Below, in pieces: positions 17,576 to 24,921 of a stretch of 64,000 nt of DNA. The position numbers and the translations under genes are program-made. Position 1 is the stretch's first letter. Each line of letters begins with the position of its first letter. The stretch is from an uncultured Eubacteriales bacterium (GTDB lineage: Bacteria; Bacillota; Clostridia; Oscillospirales; CAG-272). Below the pieces are notes generated by a model, which saw only the letters and a program-made list of their open reading frames with translations, was not told the DNA's origin and made no database searches. Where the stretch lies: NCBI GenBank assembly GCA_959601495.1, contig CAUGPT010000004.1, positions 14,844-78,843 on the forward strand, read 5' to 3'.

Positions 17576-18289
17576 ATGACGGATATGGCCTCTCATTTGA
17601 AGGATGAAAATGAGATAAAGATTTTTATTCTGTACTTGCTTGATAAAATAGGATACCCCCTTGATTACCCCAGCATCGGCTCAATAATGATGCAGGACGG
17701 GATAGTCAACTTTTTCGATTTTGCCCAGTGCTTTTTTGCGCTCGTGGACGCAGGCCATATTCGTGAGATCATAGTCGATCGGGACAAAGACGAGGCGGCG
17801 GATAAAAAGGATCCTGAAGGCGGCGCAGGCAGCGCCGAAGTCGCTAAAACGGACTCCGGCGTCAACGGCACATCGGACGACGGGGCGCATATTTCGCGCT
17901 ACGGCACCGATGACGACGAGGACGAATACGAAAGCTCCGCAACTGTATTGTATGAGGTCACGGATACGGGCAGGCAGGTCGCCCGCGCCCTTTCGGACAA
18001 CCTTATGATAAGCGTCAGAGAAAAAAGCTACCGCAGCGCGCTGCGCCACCTTTCGTTCGCCAAAAAAGGCGCGTGGATCGACCAGACCTATAAGCCGGAC
18101 GGCGACGGATACCTTGTGACATGCTCCATAAAGGATAAGGGCGGAGTGATCATGGACCTCACCGTCAGAGCCGACAGCGAATATCAGCTGAAAAGAATGC
18201 TTAACAACTATTCCGAAAAGCCGGAGGTTGTTTTCCGAGGCATCGTGGCGCTTTTATCAGGGGATGTCAACTACCTGTTTGAACAGTGA
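17576..18289 (+). CDS. DUF4364-like putative DNA-binding protein with an acidic insertion
   Basis: The N-terminus (IKIFILYLLDKIGYPLDY...IMMQDGIVNFFDF) resembles the DUF4364 family as I recall it. A central Asp/Glu/Gly-rich insert is present. Assignment is from memory only. Confidence 0.45.
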   Translation: MTDMASHLKDENEIKIFILYLLDKIGYPLDYPSIGSIMMQDGIVNFFDFAQCFFALVDAGHIREIIVDRDKDEAADKKDPEGGAGSAEVAKTDSGVNGTSDDGAHISRYGTDDDEDEYESSATVLYEVTDTGRQVARALSDNLMISVREKSYRSALRHLSFAKKGAWIDQTYKPDGDGYLVTCSIKDKGGVIMDLTVRADSEYQLKRMLNNYSEKPEVVFRGIVALLSGDVNYLFEQ

Positions 18290-18365
18290 CCGCGGCGCGA
18301 AAAAGTAAAACAGATATGATTATGAATAAAATTTTGACGTATAATGAAAAATATTCAAAATAGTG

Positions 18366-18393
18366 TTGACATTTTCTACATTTGTGATATAAT
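18366..18393 (+). promoter_or_regulatory. Sigma-A-type promoter upstream of the small sigma factor gene
   Basis: TTGACA (18366-18371), 16-nt spacer ending TGa, TATAAT (18388-18393). Confidence 0.55.
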
Positions 18394-18425
18394 AATCGTA
18401 AATTAGATGTTCAAATTTCAACAAG

Positions 18426-19013
18426 TTGCACGATTCGACAAGAGCAGACAGGAAAAAAGTGGCTCAGAACACAAATGAATTGCTTATCGGCATAAAAAAC
18501 GGCAGACACGAGGATTTCGATGTCCTGCGCGGTATGTATTCACCGCTTATAGATTCCATGGCGGCAAGCTTTGAGGCAAGCGGTGCCGGCAGCAGGGCAG
18601 AGCTCGAGCAGGAAGCGGAAAGCGCGTTGCTTCGCGCCGCACTGAGCTATGACGAAGAAAAAAAGGACGTTACATTCGGTCTGTATGCCAAGGTCTGTGT
18701 GCGCAACGCGCTTGTGTCGGTCCGCCGTGCAAAGCTTTCGAGAGAGCGTCGCAGCAGTGCGGCAAACAGGACCGCTGCCCGCCGCTCAGCGAGAAAGCGT
18801 ATGCCTGTTGATGCGGATGCGGCGGATGAAATTATTGAGCGCATGAGCACAGAGCTTTCCGCATATGAAAAGTCCGTTTTGCGGGAGTATATCGCAGGCG
18901 CCGACATTCGGCAGATAGCGGAAAAGCTCGGCAAAAGCACAAGAAGTATAAATAACTGCCTGTACCGCGCGCGCCGCAAGCTGAAGCAGGCTGCAGGAAA
19001 GGCAAAAAGCTGA
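18426..19013 (+). CDS. Small sigma-70 family RNA polymerase sigma factor (regions 2 and 4; SigH/ECF-like)
   Basis: Region-2-like segment (FGLYAKVCVRNALVSVRRA) and a region-4 HTH (LSAYEKSVLREYIAGADIRQIAEKLGKSTRSINNCLYRARRKLK). Start is uncertain (TTG 18426 or GTG 18459). Confidence 0.7.
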   Translation: MHDSTRADRKKVAQNTNELLIGIKNGRHEDFDVLRGMYSPLIDSMAASFEASGAGSRAELEQEAESALLRAALSYDEEKKDVTFGLYAKVCVRNALVSVRRAKLSRERRSSAANRTAARRSARKRMPVDADAADEIIERMSTELSAYEKSVLREYIAGADIRQIAEKLGKSTRSINNCLYRARRKLKQAAGKAKS

Positions 19014-19154
19014 TTATAAGGTATCACCGGAGAGATCCGTTTGATATATATATATGCCCGAATAGCTTAAACAGAGCGTTGTTTTTTCAAAGGTAACGGT
19101 GCAAATCCGTTTTGGGGCAAAAAATTCATTCCCAAATTCAGAGAGAGGTAAACC

Positions 19155-19430
19155 ATGTACGAGGACAAGACATTAGTTTGCAAGGACTGCGGAAAGGAAT
19201 TCGTTTTCACCGCCGGTGAGCAGGAGTTCTACGCTGAGAAAGGATTCCAGAACGAGCCCCAGAGATGTAAGGCTTGCCGCGATGCACGAAAGAACGCTTC
19301 CAGAGCACAGAGAGAGATGTACACGACTGTGTGCGCTCAGTGCGGCAAAGAGGCAAAAGTTCCTTTCGAGCCTACAAGCGACAGACCCGTATACTGCAGC
19401 GAGTGCTTTGCGGCAATGAAGCAGCAGTAA
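19155..19430 (+). CDS. Double zinc-ribbon protein (CxxC...CxxC then CxxC-x17-CxxC)
   Basis: 91 aa. First pair is CKDC...CKAC, second is CAQC-x17-CSEC. Matches the widespread CxxC-x17-CxxC domain family as I recall it. GAGAGAGG RBS. Confidence 0.7.
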   Translation: MYEDKTLVCKDCGKEFVFTAGEQEFYAEKGFQNEPQRCKACRDARKNASRAQREMYTTVCAQCGKEAKVPFEPTSDRPVYCSECFAAMKQQ

Positions 19431-19507
19431 GCCCTGCAAACGGTGTATTATACATAACTGTTTTTCAGAGAGTATAAAAATGCCAACAACGGCGGCTTAA
19501 TCAGGCA

Positions 19508-19570
19508 GCGCCCCTCTTGCCGGACGGATGAACATTTCATCCGCCCGGCAAGAGGGGCGCCTGCTTTTTA
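19508..19570 (+). terminator. Very long hairpin terminator after the CxxC zinc-ribbon gene
   Basis: 25-nt arms GCGCCCCTCTTGCCGGACGGATGAA / TTCATCCGCCCGGCAAGAGGGGCGC (one mismatch) followed by CTGCTTTTTA. Confidence 0.7.
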
Positions 19571-20019
19571 CCGAATCTCACCGGAAAGGCACTGCAGAAG
19601 AACCTTTTTCGGCGGGAGATAAGACACGCCGAGCCCTTCGCAGCCATGTGGCGCGGCGGGACGCGGCAGCATGACCGACACGCTTCTTTGCAGCCAGTTT
19701 GCTTCAAATCGACGGGAGCCGGACGGTGATAAGGTCTGCGGCGGGTTGCCGCGGGATAAGGACGGTGCCTGCGATGGGTCGGATATTGACGGCTCAGCTT
19801 CGCCCGGGCAATCCGGGAGCCTTTGCTGCGTTTTATCCGTGCCGACGGTGCGAAAAAATGATCCGCCGCCTGTGCCGCGGTGCGCGGTGCTATGAGCGCG
19901 CATACCTTGTTGCAGTCCGTTTTTGCCGCAGCGGTCGCGCCGCTGCGTGCAGAAAACAACCCTTACTCAATCAGATATTCCCGACTCCGTCAGTATGCGT
20001 CGCACGCCGGGGAGTTTTC

Positions 20020-20643
20020 TTATCTTGTCATATTTCTGCGGCTTCTGTTGCGGTCAAATTCCGGATTCCAGCCGTAGAAATTTCTGCAGTCGCTGTCGTC
20101 CTGCGCTATGCGCAGCGCTTCGCCGAAGCGCTGGAAGTGCACAATCTCCCGCTCACGCAGAAACTTTATGGGATCGCAGATGTCGGGATCGTCAACGAGA
20201 CGCAGAATGTTGTCATACGTCACGCGGGCTTTTTGCTCTGCCGCAAGGTCCTCGTGAAGGTCGGCGAAAACGTCGCCCTTGACGCCGAAATAATCGGCGC
20301 GGAACGGAACTCCCGCAGCAGCAATCGGGTATATCCCCGTTGTATGATCCACGAAGTAGGTGTCAAATCCGCTGCGCTTGATCTCGTCAATGCTGAGGTT
20401 TTTCGTAAGCTGGTAAACTATCGCCGAAACCATCTCAACATGAGCAAGCTCTTCTGTTGCAATGTCGGTAAGAACACCTACGATCTTGTCATTCGGCATG
20501 GTGTAGCGCTGACACAGGTATCTGAGCGATGCACCCAATTCACCGTCCGGACCTCCGAGCTGACTGACTATGACCTTTGCGGCTGCCGCGTTGGGCGTTT
20601 TAATGTTTACGGGGTACTGAAGCTTCTTTTCGTATTGCCACAT
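20020..20643 (-). CDS. cotJC: Spore coat protein CotJC (manganese-catalase/ferritin-like)
   Basis: MWQYEKKLQYPV N-terminus, SLRYLCQRY, TEELAHVEM, AAEQKAR and REIVHFQRF motifs of CotJC-type Mn catalases. AAAGGAG RBS. Last gene of cotJABC. Confidence 0.85.
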   Translation of the reverse strand: MWQYEKKLQYPVNIKTPNAAAAKVIVSQLGGPDGELGASLRYLCQRYTMPNDKIVGVLTDIATEELAHVEMVSAIVYQLTKNLSIDEIKRSGFDTYFVDHTTGIYPIAAAGVPFRADYFGVKGDVFADLHEDLAAEQKARVTYDNILRLVDDPDICDPIKFLREREIVHFQRFGEALRIAQDDSDCRNFYGWNPEFDRNRSRRNMTR

Positions 20644-20655
20644 ATTCTTTCTCCT

Positions 20656-20937
20656 TTATCTCGCACGCCCGGAGCACGTACATTCGTTCTGCCAGGGCCA
20701 CGGGCCGTCTGTCCAGCTCCAGGAGCCGTCTGCGGGATCGGCGAAAGCTGTCATGGGACCGTATTTGTTCTCATATTCTTTTACAAGAGCGCACAGCTCG
20801 TTTCTCCGCATACGGAAAAACTCAAGGGCATCTCTGTCCGTCGGATGGGTGTCCAGAAACAATGCTGCCTCGTGTACGCAAAGTCCTACTGCGCTTATTC
20901 TGTTTATAAGCGCATTTCTTGTTCTGTCGGCGGTCAT
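20656..20937 (-). CDS. cotJB: Spore coat protein CotJB
   Basis: CotJB-like core (AVGLCVHEAALFLDTHPTDRDALEFF...YENKYGPMT). ATG 20937 follows AAGGAGG by 8 nt and overlaps the cotJA stop as ATGA; the longest ORF starts at 20958. Confidence 0.8.
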   Translation of the reverse strand: MTADRTRNALINRISAVGLCVHEAALFLDTHPTDRDALEFFRMRRNELCALVKEYENKYGPMTAFADPADGSWSWTDGPWPWQNECTCSGRAR

Positions 20938-21482
20938 ATGCTGCGCCTCCTTTGACATCCTTCGTTATTGCAGGGGGTGGGGTAGAACGGCAAAACCAGC
21001 TCGCCGAACAGTGTACCGTTTGCGAGAGCGTCCTCGCAGTCCAGGATGTCTCTCCACTGCTGCATCGGCACATACGCCATGGCAAGGCTCGGGGCGGGTA
21101 TGCGTCTGTCGGGGCAGCCGTCACCGGCGTTTCTGCCGCTGCCGCTGCGTATTTGCGCGGTACGGGAGGTCTCACCGCAGCCGCATCCGCAGCCGCAGCC
21201 GGAGGTACGCGTCTGAGCTGTGCGGGCGGCATTTGCGCATCCGCAGCCGGAGGTACGAGTCTGAGCTGTGCGGGCGGCATTTGCGCATCCGCAGCCTGTG
21301 GTACGGGTCTCGGCAGTACGTGCGGCATTTGCGCATCCGCAGCCGGTGGTACGGGTCTGGGCGGTACGTGCGGTATTTCCGCATCCGCAGCCGGAGGTGC
21401 GCATCTCGGTGCCGTATTCAGAGAAAAACAGCTCGGCGGAGATTCTGTCTCTCGGCGTGCTGTTCTCATCGCAGTAATTCAT
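20934..21482 (-). CDS. cotJA: Spore coat-associated protein CotJA with an N-terminal Cys/Gly-rich 16-aa tandem repeat
   Basis: The C-terminal motif LAMAYVPMQQW...EDALANGTLFGELVLPFY is the CotJA signature. The N-terminus holds about 4.5 copies of CGCANAARTAQTRT(S/T)G. Translationally coupled to cotJB. Confidence 0.7.
   Translation of the reverse strand: MNYCDENSTPRDRISAELFFSEYGTEMRTSGCGCGNTARTAQTRTTGCGCANAARTAETRTTGCGCANAARTAQTRTSGCGCANAARTAQTRTSGCGCGCGCGETSRTAQIRSGSGRNAGDGCPDRRIPAPSLAMAYVPMQQWRDILDCEDALANGTLFGELVLPFYPTPCNNEGCQRRRSI
21172..21412 (-). repeat. 48-bp in-frame tandem repeat (about 4.5 copies) inside cotJA
   Basis: Unit boundaries at 21236/21237, 21284/21285, 21332/21333 and 21380/21381. 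Encodes CGCANAARTAQTRT(S/T)G. Confidence 0.9.
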
Positions 21483-21588
21483 CTTTTATATTTCCTTTCT
21501 TTACTTTTATCATTCGGGAGCGCCGCGGCGCTCATTACAGTATATGAACTCTCGCTGCCGCGTGCAAACGGCACGGCTGTGCTGTATA

Positions 21589-21617
21589 TTGACAAATTTG
21601 TCGTATTGTGATATAAT
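21589..21617 (+). promoter_or_regulatory. Sigma-A-type promoter upstream of the zinc-ribbon membrane protein gene, with a palindrome over the -35
   Basis: TTGACA (21589-21594), 17-nt spacer ending TGa, TATAAT (21612-21617). The perfect 12-bp palindrome GACAAATTTGTC (21591-21602) overlaps the -35. Confidence 0.55.
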
Positions 21618-21673
21618 CTGATAAATTATAAGTCGGTTACGAAAAAACTATATTAAATTAAGGAGAACAGAAA

Positions 21674-24172
21674 ATGTATTGTGCCAAATGCGGTCGGGAG
21701 ATCGACAGTAACGCAGCATTTTGTCCCTATTGCGGTGAAAAGACAGGGTGTGCCCCCGCAGAGAAGAACAACGATGTAAAGACCGAGAACGCGAAGGAAA
21801 ATACGGTAGGAATAACTGCAGCGCCCGAGACTCCCGCAGCGGAAACATACGCGGCACCCGTAGCGCCCGAGGTTCCCGCAACAGAAACATACGCAGCGCC
21901 TGCAGCGCCCGAGACTCCCGCAGCGGAAACATACGCGGCACCCGTAGCGCCCGAGGCTCCTGCAGCGGAAACATACGCGGCACCTGCAGCGCCCGAGGCT
22001 CCCGCAGCGGATACATACGCCGCACCCGCAGCACCCGAGGCTCCGGCAGCGGAAACATATGCCGCACCCGCGGCACACGAGGCTCCGGCAGCGGATACAT
22101 ACACCGCACCCGCAGCACCCGAGGCTCCGGCAGCGGATACATACACCGCACCCGCAGCACCCGAGGCTCCGGCAGCGGATACATACACCGCACCCGCGGC
22201 ACCCGCGGCTCCGGCAGCGGATACATACGCCGCACCCACGGCGGGCGCATATGCAGCGCCCGAACAGGGCTATTATCAGCCTGCACCCGCGCCGACAGCT
22301 CCCGAAACACCCAAGAAGAAAATGAAGCTGTGGCTGAAGCTGCTTTTGTTTATCGGCATTCCCGTAGTTGTAATCGCCGCGCTTATTGCAATAAACTTCA
22401 ACGCGCTTAAAGGGCTGTTCGTAAAGAATTTCATGTCCGCCGACGCGTATATCGCAACGGTCGAGGGAGATTCTCTCAAGGAATATTACGATGCCGTAAC
22501 AAATATTTACGCCAAAGGCGTGGGCACAGTCGTCAGCAGCACCTCCGATGGCTCCGCATCCGCCGAACTGAATTTCAGCCTTTCCGACAGCTTTGCCGAG
22601 ATGCTCGGCGATTCGGCATACACCGACCTTTCGTGGCTGTCCGACATAACCGTAAAAACGGCTTCATCCTCCGAAAACGGCGTAACTGCCACGGATGTGG
22701 ACATATTGCTCGGAGAGAGCAAGATTACGTCGTTTACGCAGACGATCGACACAGAAAGCGGCAAAACGTATCTGTCCGTTCCCGATCTGTCGTCGCAGGT
22801 AATCGCAGTTGACGACGCTGCTGTCGATAACGAGTATTCCGTTTCCGATATAATTGAGTTTGTTTCAGAGCTCCCCGAGGCGGAGCGGCTGAATGCGCTC
22901 CTCGCAAAGTATGTTGAAATCGTTCTCAGAAATATCGAGGGCACTCAGATGGCCGACGGCACCATCGCTGCGGGCGGCATTGATCAGCAGTGCACCGAGC
23001 TGCGCCTTGAGTTTGACAAAGCGCTTCTGCAAAAGATATTCACGGCTGTTATTGAAGAGATGAAGAATGACGGCGAGCTCAAAGATATAATCATTTCGCT
23101 GGAGGACAGCGGCAACGAGCTTTTCGGTACAGACGACGTCAGCGGTGAAGAGGTATACGACAATTTCCTGTCCGCCCTTGACGATCTGCTTGACAATGTG
23201 AATAGCATTGACGGATCCGAGCTCGGAGACAAGGTGTTCACGCTTACGGACTACGTGGATTCTCACAATAAGATAATCGGCAGAAAGATCGAAACAGCCG
23301 AGGACGGCCGCACGTATTTTATCGGAAAAGCCACGGCAAACGGCAAAACGGGCATTGAGCTCGACCTTGACGGCGAAATAACCGTAAAGGGCACCGGAAA
23401 TGAAAAGGGAAGCCTTATAAACGGAGATTATGTTCTGTTCGTGCAGGGCAGCGAGATCCTCAATTTCAGACTTGAGGACTTTGATACCGACTCGCTGAAG
23501 AACGGCATGATAAACGGCGACATCACGCTTGAACTCGGACGTGTAGTCGACGGTATGTTCTATTACGGCTCCGAAGATAACGCCCTCGCGATGCTCAGAC
23601 AGTTTGCGTATAAGATCTCCGCCCGTACGGATAACGATTCATACAGTCTTTCTCTCAGCGCTCTCAGCGGAGATGAAGAAGCTATCGCCCTGTCCGTTTC
23701 CGGCGGCACGAAAAAAGGCTCCGGAAAAGCGGTCATTCCCGACGCGGATATAGAATGCGAGCACGGCGACGGCAATGCTATAGACGCGTGGATCGACGGC
23801 ATGGACTTCGACTCTCTTGAGAAAAAACTTGAGGATGCGGGAGTGCCTTCGCAGTTCGCGCCATATCTGAGATACTACCTGACGGATGCAATGTATTCTC
23901 TTGCCGGAGTTGTGGAGATCTACGATGACGGGAATGACGGAGATTGGTATTATGACGATCGGAACGATTACGATTGGAACGACGACTGGTATGACGACAA
24001 TGAAGATTGGTACAATGACGATAATGACGATTGGTACAATGACGACTGGTATGACGACAATGATGATTGGTACAATGACGACTGGTACAATGATGACAAT
24101 GACGACTGGTACGACGATTGGTTCGGCGACGACAGTTCGGACGGCATCGGCTCGGGCAACACGCACATCTGA
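21674..24172 (+). CDS. Zinc-ribbon / single-pass membrane protein of unknown function (832 aa) with a Pro/Ala repeat linker and a DDWY-repeat tail
   Basis: N-terminal MYCAKCG...CPYCG zinc ribbon, ~10 copies of a 14-aa AAPxAPExPAA(E/D)TY unit, a TM helix (LWLKLLLFIGIPVVVIAALIAI), a ~520-aa extracytoplasmic region and a C-terminal (D/N)DDWY repeat. AAGGAG RBS. Confidence 0.8.
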   Translation: MYCAKCGREIDSNAAFCPYCGEKTGCAPAEKNNDVKTENAKENTVGITAAPETPAAETYAAPVAPEVPATETYAAPAAPETPAAETYAAPVAPEAPAAETYAAPAAPEAPAADTYAAPAAPEAPAAETYAAPAAHEAPAADTYTAPAAPEAPAADTYTAPAAPEAPAADTYTAPAAPAAPAADTYAAPTAGAYAAPEQGYYQPAPAPTAPETPKKKMKLWLKLLLFIGIPVVVIAALIAINFNALKGLFVKNFMSADAYIATVEGDSLKEYYDAVTNIYAKGVGTVVSSTSDGSASAELNFSLSDSFAEMLGDSAYTDLSWLSDITVKTASSSENGVTATDVDILLGESKITSFTQTIDTESGKTYLSVPDLSSQVIAVDDAAVDNEYSVSDIIEFVSELPEAERLNALLAKYVEIVLRNIEGTQMADGTIAAGGIDQQCTELRLEFDKALLQKIFTAVIEEMKNDGELKDIIISLEDSGNELFGTDDVSGEEVYDNFLSALDDLLDNVNSIDGSELGDKVFTLTDYVDSHNKIIGRKIETAEDGRTYFIGKATANGKTGIELDLDGEITVKGTGNEKGSLINGDYVLFVQGSEILNFRLEDFDTDSLKNGMINGDITLELGRVVDGMFYYGSEDNALAMLRQFAYKISARTDNDSYSLSLSALSGDEEAIALSVSGGTKKGSGKAVIPDADIECEHGDGNAIDAWIDGMDFDSLEKKLEDAGVPSQFAPYLRYYLTDAMYSLAGVVEIYDDGNDGDWYYDDRNDYDWNDDWYDDNEDWYNDDNDDWYNDDWYDDNDDWYNDDWYNDDNDDWYDDWFGDDSSDGIGSGNTHI
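21818..22228 (+). repeat. 42-bp in-frame tandem repeat (about 10 copies) inside the zinc-ribbon protein gene
   Basis: Each unit encodes AAPxAPExPAA(E/D)TY (14 codons). The copies differ by a few point substitutions. Confidence 0.9.
23924..24135 (+). repeat. Irregular short coding repeat giving a (D/N)DDWY tail
   Basis: Encodes DDGNDGDWYYDDRNDYDWNDDWYDDNEDWYNDDNDDWYNDDWYDDNDDWYNDDWYNDDNDDWYDDWFGDD at the C-terminus of the 832-aa protein. Confidence 0.85.
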
Positions 24173-24195
24173 TAAAACAAACCGACAATAAAACG

Positions 24196-24225
24196 CAAAT
24201 GAGCCGATATATATCGGCTCATTTG
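24196..24225 (+). terminator. Perfect 30-nt palindrome between the zinc-ribbon protein gene and the ABC ATPase gene
   Basis: CAAATGAGCCGATAT|ATATCGGCTCATTTG. The U-rich tail lies partly within the stem, so termination efficiency is unclear. Confidence 0.45.
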
Positions 24226-24242
24226 TATATGCGGAGAAGGCT

Positions 24243-24920
24243 ATGACGGCAGAAGTAAGAGAAATAAGCAAGAAATACAAAGATAAAACCGTGCTTGACA
24301 AAGTTTCATTTGAGGCGCGCTCGGGAGAGTTTGTCGGCATTATCGGCGCAAACGGCTGCGGAAAGTCAACGCTTTTGTCGGTTCTTGCAGGTGTTGCGGA
24401 GCGCGGCGGCGGAGACTTTCTCATAGACTCGGTATCGCTTTTCAGTAAAGGCGGAGCGCGGCTGCGGAGCGCTGTCGGCTATGTGCCGCAGGGAGATCCG
24501 CTGCTCGAAGAGCTCAGCGCAAAGGATAATCTCAGAATGTGGTATTCGGAGAAAGAAATCAAAAGTGCTGCCGCTCCCGGGGGCGTTCTGTCCATGCTCG
24601 GCATAGACGCTTTTATGAATAAGCGCGTATCCCGTATGTCGGGCGGTATGAAACGCCGCCTGACCATTGCCTGCGCGGTCGCGGGAGACCCGAAGGTGCT
24701 GCTTCTGGACGAGCCGACGGCGTCTCTCGACGCCGAATGCCGCAGCAGTATATACGCGTATTTCGACAGTCTGAAAAAACGGGGCTGCATACTTATAGTC
24801 GCGACCCACAGCATTGCCGAGATCGGTCGGTGCGACAGGGTGTATCTGCTGAAAGACGGCACTGCCGCACCGTACAGCAGAACGCCGGAAAGTCTTACCG
24901 AGCTTGCGGAGGATCTTTGA
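24243..24920 (+). CDS. ABC transporter ATP-binding protein
   Basis: Walker A GANGCGKST, signature MSGGMKRRL and Walker B LLLDEPT. 225 aa. Confidence 0.9.
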   Translation: MTAEVREISKKYKDKTVLDKVSFEARSGEFVGIIGANGCGKSTLLSVLAGVAERGGGDFLIDSVSLFSKGGARLRSAVGYVPQGDPLLEELSAKDNLRMWYSEKEIKSAAAPGGVLSMLGIDAFMNKRVSRMSGGMKRRLTIACAVAGDPKVLLLDEPTASLDAECRSSIYAYFDSLKKRGCILIVATHSIAEIGRCDRVYLLKDGTAAPYSRTPESLTELAEDL

Positions 24921-24921
24921 T

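Noticed and set aside
21818-22228. A regular short-period repeat array that a naive scan might flag as CRISPR.
   Set aside because: The units are contiguous with no spacers and are exactly 42 bp (14 codons). They are in frame inside a long ORF with a clear protein-level repeat. No cas genes are in the window.
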